A stretch of DNA of 64,000 nt, taken from an uncultured archaeon. GTDB lineage: Archaea; Asgardarchaeota; Heimdallarchaeia; Heimdallarchaeales; Heimdallarchaeaceae. A program made the translations under genes and the position numbers. The notes below the pieces were generated by a model that ran no database searches, was not told where the DNA came from, and worked only from the letters and a program-made list of their open reading frames with translations. Where the stretch lies: the NCBI GenBank assembly GCA_964534625.1, contig CAZHRF010000007.1, forward strand, positions 11,170 through 75,169. The letters are read 5' to 3'. Below are positions 1 through 8,249 of the stretch, piece after piece. Position 1 is the first letter of the stretch; each line of letters opens with the position of its first letter.

Positions 1-2
1 CT

Positions 3-2402
3 TCTATTATTCCAAAGACTGATTTTACGGATTTAGCTGGAAATAGTTTTTCTCTTAAATTTGAAGATTTATCTGATGATTCTACAATTGATCGTATTTT
101 AGATAATTTAATTGATCAGATGCATTCCTATTTGGAGTTTTACAAAAAACAACCCCAATACCAGAATGATGAGAAGTTTACAAATTATACAACTTGTTTT
201 TCAGTTAATTTTGAAAGAATAATGGATGGTGTTAAATTAATTAAACAGAATAAGATAATTAGGCAGTCATTTCAATTGTTAAATGAAACATTTAAACAAG
301 CAAGTTCTTACGATAGTTGGAGGGTCTTTCAACTATGCTTCATATTGATGCTTATTCCTGATATTGTTGAAAAAAAATCTAGAAGAAATATTACTGAAGT
401 TTTGCATGTACAAACGGGTGGGGGTAAGTCTGAAACTTATTTTGGATGTGTAATTTTTTCAGCCTTTTTTGATCGCTTAACTGGTAAAAATTTTGGACTA
501 ACAGCCATCACAAAGTTTCCATTGCGTATGTTATCTATTCAACAATTACAGAGAATTGCAAGAATAATGATCTTTGCTGATAAAGTCAGGAGAGATTATG
601 AAATAGACGGCGAGCCTTTTTCTGTAGGTTATTTTGTAGGTAATAATATTGACTTTCCTGGTGATAATTGTAAATTAATAAAGGAGATCAAAAACAAGCA
701 GATTAAAGGGAAGATAATCGAAATATGTCCGTTCTGCAAAACTAACAATGTAATTTTGAGTGTTTCTGAGGAAGAAATGACCATTTATCATAAATGTACA
801 GACTGCAAAGAAAAGTTTAACTTGTTTTTTATTGATAATGAGATATATAGAAAAATACCCACTTTTATTGTTTCAACAGTTGATAAGCACTCATCAATAT
901 CACGAAACAGGAGGTACAGGAATCTTATTGGAGGAAAGTTGGATAAATGTCCAAAAGGTCATGGTCTTATTCCACATGGGGATAAATGCTCATATGTAAA
1001 TGAAATAGTAAATGACCGAAAAAACAAGTGTAATGAAACTGGTGAGAGAGTAAATATTGATTTTTCTACAGCCCCTACCTTAATAATTCAAGATGAAATG
1101 CATCTTATCAAAGAAAGCTTTGGAACAATAGATTCTCATTTTGAAAGCTTAATTGAAGTAATGCAGCAAGAAATGAGTGGTTATGGAATAAAAAATATAG
1201 CCATGACTGCAACTATATCTGGTGCGAACCATCAGATAAAGCAGCTATACAATAAACAAACAAATATTTTTCCTTCAAAATCTCCTTTTGGAATGGGAGA
1301 TAATGATTTCTTTCATGAACTAATTGAAGAACATGGTAATGTAAAACTTCAAAGGATTATCCTAGGTTTAAGACCAAATGCTAGAGATAATCAATTTGCT
1401 TGTTCTTTGACACTTAGGCATCTTGCAAATTTTTATTCTGATATTGAAAATAATAGGTCTGAATTTTGTAAAAAGTACGGTTTTAATTATTCTGTGCTAG
1501 ATAAGCTTCTTGAAAGATATAAATCTGGACTTACTTATCATAACAAAAAATCAGATGTTCATACAATGGAATATTATTTACTTGATGTTGTAAACTCGCA
1601 TTTGAAAAAATCAGTTAAAGTACAAGGAAAACCATTAACTGGTGATAACTCTTTAGATGAAATTAAAGAATTAATTGAAGAAATTGAAAATGCTAATTTA
1701 TCTAAACAAAAAGACCTTATTTTTACGTTTGCTACAAGTGTCGTATCACATGGTGTTGATATTGGAAAATGGAACATAATGGAATTTCAAGGAATCCCAA
1801 GATCAACAGCAGAGTATATTCAGTCACTTAGTCGAGTGGGTAGAAAGAATCTAGGTCTAGTATTATTGTGGTTTTATGGTAATAGAGTCCGAGATGTATC
1901 ATTTTATCACAATTTTTCAAACTACCACGATATTTTGGAACATCATGTCAATAGTATTCCTATATCTAGGTGGGCAAAACTTGGTGTGGATCAAACGTTT
2001 CATTCTGTTTTTTGTGCATCAATAATCAACTTTTTTGCTGATAAATATAATCGACCACTTTATACAGTTGATGCTGTAAATGATTTGTTCAAACAAGATT
2101 CAGTAATTGAAGAATTAATTGATTTTATTAAAAAAGCATATCATGTTAATGAATCAAATCCAAAATCACATTTTTTGAATGATTATATTCCAAGAGAAGT
2201 AGAACAACGATTAAAGGCCCTCAAGACCCGTAATTTTAGTCGTAACTCAAGATACTTTTTCCCCATCGCTTTAGATTCTTTATCTAAACCCTTATATCGT
2301 ACTCAGTATGGTATGCGAGGAATACAAGATGAGCTCATAATAAAACCCAGTAGTGATGATAAAAAGTTTGTAGAAGAATATCTAAAAGGTGAGAATAAGT
2401 GA
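3..2402 (+). CDS. SF2 DExH helicase, DISARM DrmA-like; 5' end lies outside the window
   Basis: Walker A QTGGGKSE (nt 411-434), motif II DEMH (nt 1092-1103), motif VI QSLSRVGR (nt 1821-1844). CxxC...CxxC zinc-ribbon insert (CPFCKT...CTDCKE). The frame has no stop between nt 3 and the first in-window ATG at 120, so the protein probably starts upstream. Its stop overlaps the next start (GTGA, 2399-2402). Confidence 0.7.
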   Translation, partial: SIIPKTDFTDLAGNSFSLKFEDLSDDSTIDRILDNLIDQMHSYLEFYKKQPQYQNDEKFTNYTTCFSVNFERIMDGVKLIKQNKIIRQSFQLLNETFKQASSYDSWRVFQLCFILMLIPDIVEKKSRRNITEVLHVQTGGGKSETYFGCVIFSAFFDRLTGKNFGLTAITKFPLRMLSIQQLQRIARIMIFADKVRRDYEIDGEPFSVGYFVGNNIDFPGDNCKLIKEIKNKQIKGKIIEICPFCKTNNVILSVSEEEMTIYHKCTDCKEKFNLFFIDNEIYRKIPTFIVSTVDKHSSISRNRRYRNLIGGKLDKCPKGHGLIPHGDKCSYVNEIVNDRKNKCNETGERVNIDFSTAPTLIIQDEMHLIKESFGTIDSHFESLIEVMQQEMSGYGIKNIAMTATISGANHQIKQLYNKQTNIFPSKSPFGMGDNDFFHELIEEHGNVKLQRIILGLRPNARDNQFACSLTLRHLANFYSDIENNRSEFCKKYGFNYSVLDKLLERYKSGLTYHNKKSDVHTMEYYLLDVVNSHLKKSVKVQGKPLTGDNSLDEIKELIEEIENANLSKQKDLIFTFATSVVSHGVDIGKWNIMEFQGIPRSTAEYIQSLSRVGRKNLGLVLLWFYGNRVRDVSFYHNFSNYHDILEHHVNSIPISRWAKLGVDQTFHSVFCASIINFFADKYNRPLYTVDAVNDLFKQDSVIEELIDFIKKAYHVNESNPKSHFLNDYIPREVEQRLKALKTRNFSRNSRYFFPIALDSLSKPLYRTQYGMRGIQDELIIKPSSDDKKFVEEYLKGENK

Positions 2403-4234
2403 CAGAGGTAAAATTCCACTTTCCGGGTAATAGTGCTCTTTTTAGAGCAACAAAAGATCTTATATTCGTAAAAGGTAAATTAGCTTTCAAAGTCAATTAT
2501 CTCAATACAATTGACTTTGAAGAGAATGATGCTGGTAACTATAAACGAATAATTGATAGGATTTTTTATCTTATTAAAAATAATTATAATAATCGGATAG
2601 AAAAATATAATTTATCCCTTAATAAGATTGATTCCAAAGAAAATTTAGAACTTAAAAAACTCAAATTAATAACATCAAAACCAGGAGAAAGTAAAGCATC
2701 GACTTCAGGATATGCACAAGTTTTTCCTAAAACCTTTGTCTGTGATAAATGTAGTGATTTCAAAGTCGAATATAATCTTAATGATATTTCCAAAAACTGT
2801 CAAGTAACTGGATGTAGTGGTATCTACAAACAAGTATCTGTTGTTAAATTTTGTGAAAAATGTGGTCATGTAGACCAGCTTTTTTATCAGTGTCAGAATA
2901 ACAAAAAACATAGGGTAAAATTATATAGAAAAAAAGCCGATGATTTAACAACTTGGTATTTTCAATGTGCAACATGTAAGGGGAAAAAGGTTGATATTTT
3001 GGGTTTTAGATGCTTTCATGAAGACTTTGTTAGTAAAGTGAAATTATTAGATGACAAAGCTTCAAATTTTAAACCTTTAACTGTACGCGAGGGAGCAATA
3101 TTTATTCCTTCAGTTTATACAATGGTAGATTTACCTTCAAGCAACAAGATTACTGATCAAGCCCTAAATTATATTTCATTGGGTCTAGCTCAAGGTTTAA
3201 TTAAGGATGAACAAGGTAACATTCGATCCTTGGAAAGCATAAATGGGGACTATGAGCTTTATAATAGCTCTCTTGCAAGGAAAAGATTTGGAAAAGATAT
3301 GAGTGACCTTGAATGGATGAAACAGTGTAATGTGTATGAGATTGAACAAATAATTCAAGAATTGAAAGATACAGTTATAGATAGCAGAAATTTAAACTAT
3401 TTATTGGATTATTTATCATTAGCTAGTAATATATCAGAAGATCATCTTGCTCTAAATTTTTCCAACTACCTTTCCACTATTGTTGATGATAAAGAAAAGC
3501 AAATTAAAACAAAACTTTATCAAAAGATGAAAGAAGACTTAAACATTGATGAAATCACGTATATTGAAAATGTGAAGCTGTTAAACATAAATTATGGGTA
3601 TATCCGTGGAGTAAATAAATTCTATGAAGACGGCTTTAAACCACATTTTGAACCAAATTGGTCTAACAAATTTGATTCTGAAAATAATAAATTCGAAGCT
3701 TATGTTTTTCCCTTTGAAACCGAGGGAATATTAATAAGGCTTGATATGGGTTCAATTCTTAAATGGTTAGAGAAAAATAATATTAGGTCTTTCACAAAAG
3801 ATGAATTAGATAATCCTGGTTTAACCATATTAAAGCTAAATGATGATCTTATAGAGGATTTTGTTTTTCCATTATTACATACTTTATCTCATCAAATAAT
3901 TAAACTATCATCTGATTATACAGGAATAGATATTGACTCGCATAGTGAAATTATATATCCTAGAAATGGAGCCATTTTTATTTTTTCTTTGAATAATGTG
4001 AATATTGGCGGATTCAAATATTTATTCGAGAATGCAATATTTGAATTATTTAGAAAGGTAAACACTACTATAGATAGCTGTATATACGATCCCCTATGTA
4101 CTAATTTAAAGGGTGCTTGTTTTTCATGTTTATACTTATCTGAGCATGTATGTAGGTATTTTAACCAACGATTAGATCGTGATTTATATAATGCTAAAAA
4201 GCGTTTTAAGGTGGGATTTTGGGATGTCTCATAA
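2399..4234 (+). CDS. DUF1998 (MrfA-Zn-type) zinc-binding protein, DISARM DrmB-like
   Basis: C-terminal HTLSHQIIK block followed by the Cys cluster DSCIYDPLCTNLKGACFSCLYLSEHVCRYFNQRLDR (nt ~4073-4180), typical of DUF1998. Several N-terminal CxxC pairs (CDKCSD, CEKCGH, CATCKG). GTG start overlaps the helicase stop. Confidence 0.7.
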   Translation: MTEVKFHFPGNSALFRATKDLIFVKGKLAFKVNYLNTIDFEENDAGNYKRIIDRIFYLIKNNYNNRIEKYNLSLNKIDSKENLELKKLKLITSKPGESKASTSGYAQVFPKTFVCDKCSDFKVEYNLNDISKNCQVTGCSGIYKQVSVVKFCEKCGHVDQLFYQCQNNKKHRVKLYRKKADDLTTWYFQCATCKGKKVDILGFRCFHEDFVSKVKLLDDKASNFKPLTVREGAIFIPSVYTMVDLPSSNKITDQALNYISLGLAQGLIKDEQGNIRSLESINGDYELYNSSLARKRFGKDMSDLEWMKQCNVYEIEQIIQELKDTVIDSRNLNYLLDYLSLASNISEDHLALNFSNYLSTIVDDKEKQIKTKLYQKMKEDLNIDEITYIENVKLLNINYGYIRGVNKFYEDGFKPHFEPNWSNKFDSENNKFEAYVFPFETEGILIRLDMGSILKWLEKNNIRSFTKDELDNPGLTILKLNDDLIEDFVFPLLHTLSHQIIKLSSDYTGIDIDSHSEIIYPRNGAIFIFSLNNVNIGGFKYLFENAIFELFRKVNTTIDSCIYDPLCTNLKGACFSCLYLSEHVCRYFNQRLDRDLYNAKKRFKVGFWDVS

Positions 4235-5054
4235 AAGCAGATATGAAAAAATCATATTTAAAACACTGTCAAATATTCCTCCAGAGGGATTAGGAAAAAA
4301 GGAGTTATATAGGATACTAGTTGAAAAAAACATAGATAAAATTGAGTTAAATTTAGTTTTGGATTATTTAAAAATAGAAAATGTTATCTATTTTCAAAAA
4401 AATAGTGATGAGATTATTATAAATAAGAAATCAGCAAATTGGCAACAGTTTTTATCCAATTTGAAACAGAAAAAAGAACCAATTAATAATATTGGCCTCG
4501 TTTTTAATTTCCCTCAAATGGATAAGTTTGGTCTATCTTCAAAATTTAAAATTAATAATGTTGACATTGTAGTTTTATCAGATTGTTTTAAGGCCCTTTT
4601 CAAAAAGGCAAAATCTAACATTAAAATAATATCCCCTTTCATAGATATTCGTGGATTAAAACGTTTTTACAAAACATTGTCAAATAAGGCAAAAAATGGG
4701 GTCAAAATTACAATACTAGCGAGAGACCTTACAAATTCCACTAATAGTCGTAGGTTTAGAAAACTCAAAAAATTTATGGAAAATACTAGTCCTAAATTGA
4801 ATAATATGTTTAGGTTCTATGAGTACCACTATATAAATGGAAGAGGTTTAATATTAAGTAGTATTCATTCAAAGTTAATTATTGTAGATGGTAGACATTT
4901 TTATTGTGGTAGTGGAGAGATAAGAGAAAATTCCTTTACCAAGAATCTTGAAAATGGTGTTTGTCAATATAATACAGTTCATGCAAAAAATTTTGAATTA
5001 GTCTTTGATTATCTTATTTCTATATCAAATGAAATTATCTGGGGCGATTACTAA
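4224..5054 (+). CDS. Single-HKD phospholipase D-family nuclease (Nuc-like), DISARM DrmC-like
   Basis: HxK(x4)D(x6)GS motif IHSKLIIVDGRHFYCGSGE at nt 4866-4916. N-terminal winged-helix-like segment. The ORF track starts at 4179, but ATG 4224 gives only an 11-nt overlap with the upstream gene and is preferred. Its stop overlaps the next start (TAATG). Confidence 0.75.
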   Translation: MSHKSRYEKIIFKTLSNIPPEGLGKKELYRILVEKNIDKIELNLVLDYLKIENVIYFQKNSDEIIINKKSANWQQFLSNLKQKKEPINNIGLVFNFPQMDKFGLSSKFKINNVDIVVLSDCFKALFKKAKSNIKIISPFIDIRGLKRFYKTLSNKAKNGVKITILARDLTNSTNSRRFRKLKKFMENTSPKLNNMFRFYEYHYINGRGLILSSIHSKLIIVDGRHFYCGSGEIRENSFTKNLENGVCQYNTVHAKNFELVFDYLISISNEIIWGDY

Positions 5055-7684
5055 TGATGTTTATTGATAATTTGTTTATACAAAATGAAAATTGGAAAAC
5101 AGGTTCAGCATTTGAAAGACTAGAAAATATTAGTCCTTTAACTAAAGAAGTTTCACTTTCGGTATTTAAAGCATTAAAAAAAGATTTCAATGTTATTATA
5201 TCATACCCCGATAACATTTTTGCTCCTTTATCCGTAATTTGTGGTTATTATGCTGATTTATCAAGATCAAAACAAAAAGATATTATGGTTTACTCACATA
5301 ATAATAATGCAAAAATCGATGAAAACCCCCAAAAGTTTCATATTCGTAATTTTTCTAGATTAACATATTATAAAGCATTTTTATATGAATGGATAATACC
5401 ATTTGAGTATAACGAAAGTGATAATAGTCTAATCTATTGTGCGAATCTAAATTTGATAAAAAACCGCAAATATAAGCGCGAATTGAAGAAAAGGCAAATA
5501 GAAGCTATTTGTAATGATAAAATTCCTAGTATTATCTTTTCAGGGACAGATACACCATTAAATCTAACTCAAATTGACTGGTTAAAGATCGGTAATAGAA
5601 CCCATGAACACGAATTAAAATTCGATTTTGGGTTAATAGTCTTTGAAAATATGGATCGCTTAATACATAATGAGTATAATATGAATATCTTTTTGGAATG
5701 GTTGAACAATATTACAAAAAAAGAAACAAAACTTCTTTTTCATTTTTCTAATCCATATAATAAATTCATTAGAGAAATAAAGGAAAAAACCAATTCACTA
5801 CTCTATCATTGTAGTATGAGTTTTTTACATAAACAAAAGTCATATTTTGAGAATGTTTATCCTCAAACTATAAAAAGCAAGAAATTAGTTAGGAAATATA
5901 ACTTAGATTCTCCAGATACATACGAGGCTTCTAATCAAATAATTCCTTTGAAGCCAATAGCTACTTATGATTTTGATAAGCGGTTGAGAAAGTGTAGAAA
6001 TCTGTTTTATAATTTAAAAACTACATCGGACGATTTAAACAAAACCAACTATTATTCCATTAAACACTTATTGTATACCATAAAAAATATGGCTGTAAAG
6101 CCAAAAAACTATACGGTTTTATATTATGATAAATACAATGATCATTATTATTATATAACGGTAATTGAACTGCTTAGAAAACTTAAAGCTTTACTAGCGG
6201 ATAAAATTTCATTTGTAGAGTTTGCAAATGAATTTGAATCTTTGGTTGAAGATTTATCAATTAGTAAAGATATTACAGATCCGAATTTCTCAAATCCAAA
6301 AACAAAAAATAATGCATTGGTTGATTTTACCTTGAAAATAATTAAGTATAGACTTAACTTATTAGAGTTAACCGAATATCCTCATTTGAATGCATACCTA
6401 GGTAATTTTGTCGACAAAATTCAACCTGTAAAAAATGTAAAAGATTATTCAGTAATAATTGGAGTTCAAACATCACGAGAAAGAAATATGCTTTATGCTG
6501 ATTTTAATTCACTAGCGATGGCGCAAGAAGGAAATATTGATTTAATCAAACGAATTAAAATATACAGTCTGAAACAACTAACTCATAAAAGATTCATACC
6601 TCATAATGTTGATTTGTTACTTACAGGTTCATTAGCTCTAAAGAATTTTCAAGAATACTTTAGAGGTTATGATAATATATTTGTCGTAAGCTATAAAGGT
6701 AAAGATTATGATTCAATATTGGAACATATTGATATTGTTGAAAGAATTAGACCAGAAGAAAATAGACAATCTTTGAGATACATACATGAACTAAAGCAAA
6801 AGACTAAAATGAAAAAACCTGATTTCCTCGAAGAATATGATTTAAGTGAAGAAAAAATCTCTATTAGAGCTTTAATGAAAAAAGAAAGTAAGGACATTTA
6901 TGGGCGAGTGAGAGATATGGTTTTAACTTCACCAAAATATTCTAATGCAAAAGATCAAGAGGAAGAAGTCAAAGAAATTGAAACTATAACAAACAAAATT
7001 TCACAATCTAATGATGATATTGATGATTATGATATGATTATAAGTCTTGAAAATATGGATAATGGTCAAGCTAAAACTATTAAGGTAAAAGAGAATTGGT
7101 CCTTTTTATGCGTTAAGGATAAAAAGGAAATGAAACTAGAAGAAAAAATTGTTGATGAATTAACAAATGGCGACTTTCTAATATTATTAGATCAAGATGA
7201 GAAAAGGAGCTTTTTTGATTTTATAATTGATACATTTAATTTGGAGGAAGGTGTAGATGTAGAACTTGTTTCCTCTTGGAAACATATTCTTGATAGATAT
7301 GTAACAAATAATGAAGAAGATTCTTCTTTATTATATCAAGAATATGAAAAATTGTGCTGCGAACATAATTATGAGCCAAAACATATCAACACATTTAGAA
7401 ACTGGATTAAAGGGAACGTAATAGGAACTAGAGATCCAGAAGATATCTATATATTGGGTTTACTAACTGGCAATGAAAAACTTGTAGACCAATATAAGCA
7501 TATTCATAAAGAAATTGAAGAGCTTTGGAAAATTAGAAGGCTAGTTGGAAAGAAAATAAATAAAATTGTTGGAGAACTTCTTGGAGGTAGTTTCAACCAA
7601 TATGATTTAAATTATGAAGAATCTATTATTTATGATAAAATTACTATATACAGTATAACTAGTTTAGAGCATGTTGAAGAGTAG
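5054..7684 (+). CDS. Hypothetical 876-aa protein, fourth gene of the helicase/DUF1998/PLD cassette
   Basis: Long uninterrupted ORF. ATG shares one base with the PLD stop codon (TAATG, 5052-5056). No Walker A, DExx, HKD, HEPN or methyltransferase motif recognised. Acidic low-complexity stretch around nt 6950-7030. Confidence 0.6.
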   Translation: MMFIDNLFIQNENWKTGSAFERLENISPLTKEVSLSVFKALKKDFNVIISYPDNIFAPLSVICGYYADLSRSKQKDIMVYSHNNNAKIDENPQKFHIRNFSRLTYYKAFLYEWIIPFEYNESDNSLIYCANLNLIKNRKYKRELKKRQIEAICNDKIPSIIFSGTDTPLNLTQIDWLKIGNRTHEHELKFDFGLIVFENMDRLIHNEYNMNIFLEWLNNITKKETKLLFHFSNPYNKFIREIKEKTNSLLYHCSMSFLHKQKSYFENVYPQTIKSKKLVRKYNLDSPDTYEASNQIIPLKPIATYDFDKRLRKCRNLFYNLKTTSDDLNKTNYYSIKHLLYTIKNMAVKPKNYTVLYYDKYNDHYYYITVIELLRKLKALLADKISFVEFANEFESLVEDLSISKDITDPNFSNPKTKNNALVDFTLKIIKYRLNLLELTEYPHLNAYLGNFVDKIQPVKNVKDYSVIIGVQTSRERNMLYADFNSLAMAQEGNIDLIKRIKIYSLKQLTHKRFIPHNVDLLLTGSLALKNFQEYFRGYDNIFVVSYKGKDYDSILEHIDIVERIRPEENRQSLRYIHELKQKTKMKKPDFLEEYDLSEEKISIRALMKKESKDIYGRVRDMVLTSPKYSNAKDQEEEVKEIETITNKISQSNDDIDDYDMIISLENMDNGQAKTIKVKENWSFLCVKDKKEMKLEEKIVDELTNGDFLILLDQDEKRSFFDFIIDTFNLEEGVDVELVSSWKHILDRYVTNNEEDSSLLYQEYEKLCCEHNYEPKHINTFRNWIKGNVIGTRDPEDIYILGLLTGNEKLVDQYKHIHKEIEELWKIRRLVGKKINKIVGELLGGSFNQYDLNYEESIIYDKITIYSITSLEHVEE

Positions 7685-7757
7685 GTTTTGGAACATTTTA
7701 TGTTTTTATCCATTTTTTCATGATATTAGTAAACGTTGCTAATCTTTAATTGTAATT

Positions 7758-8140
7758 TTACATTAATTCTATACTTTTTCCAGCATTCTTCATTTTTTTC
7801 GTCTTTTCTTCTCCAAAAAATATTGCCGCTATAGCCCCTATCCCTATTTTTGCTTTTGGAAATCTTTTTTTTAATGTTTAACACTATTTCTGACATATTC
7901 TATCCAATATGTAAATAATGACATAATCCCGATTTCATCAGGTACGAAGCTATCTTCTTCTTTAAACAAAATATGATTTTCTCTTAGTTTTCCTTTTACA
8001 ATTTCTACTTCATGTCCTTTGATCTCCAACAAAGCAGCCATTTTTAATAATCCAATTGGCAAAAAGTCTTTATGATTCTTACTTTTATGAGATGTAGGAA
8101 ATTCGGGGTCTTCTAACAAATATTTCATTACACCACTCAC
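7758..8140 (-). pseudogene. Decayed paralog of the adjacent B12-binding-like radical SAM gene (N-terminal ~125 codons only)
   Basis: The 89-aa ORF (MKYLLEDPEFPTSHKSKNHKDFLPIGLLKMAALLEIKG...SLFTYWIEYV) aligns with residues 1-95 of the 437-aa gene. After the stop at 7871-7873, homology continues in the -1 frame: KKRFPKAKIGIGAIAAIFFGEEKTKK versus NKYPHSKIVVGGIAASLFGKEKTKK. That frame ends at 7758. The radical SAM core is absent. Confidence 0.7.
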
Positions 8141-8249
8141 ATAATTTATTTCTATTTTACTTCTTCTATATTATTGATAAATGAATTGTCTCACAATGGT
8201 TTATGATTTATTTCTTGAAAAATACGATGGGGGAAATATATTTACTTAC

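Noticed and set aside
1574-2911. Short minus-strand ORFs inside the helicase and DUF1998 genes (1574-1777, 2584-2793, 2705-2911)
   Set aside because: They are antisense shadows within long, motif-supported coding regions of an AT-rich genome. The same reasoning applies to the other 60-140-aa antisense or overlapping ORFs in the track, for example 5035-5217, 6706-6897, 9084-9585, 10743-10958, 12546-13099, 13233-14328, 14996-15226, 15867-16100, 17547-17825, 18347-18565, 19979-20245, 21752-22060, 22513-22761, 23998-24291, 24990-25621, 28669-28938, 29087-29503, 29739-30233, 32551-33117, 33769-33999, 35619-36259, 38786-38971, 39769-40035, 41573-41995, 44039-44233, 44789-45200, 45971-46342, 49547-49744, 49844-50151, 51573-51818, 52471-52668, 54010-54192, 55307-55492, 57383-57565, 58634-58831, 59710-59961, 60849-61611, 61927-62127 and 62676-62897.
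4179-4223. Upstream start of the PLD gene given by the ORF track
   Set aside because: It would overlap the DUF1998 gene by 56 nt and add a hydrophobic, non-conserved-looking peptide. ATG 4224 gives the short overlap typical of this operon.
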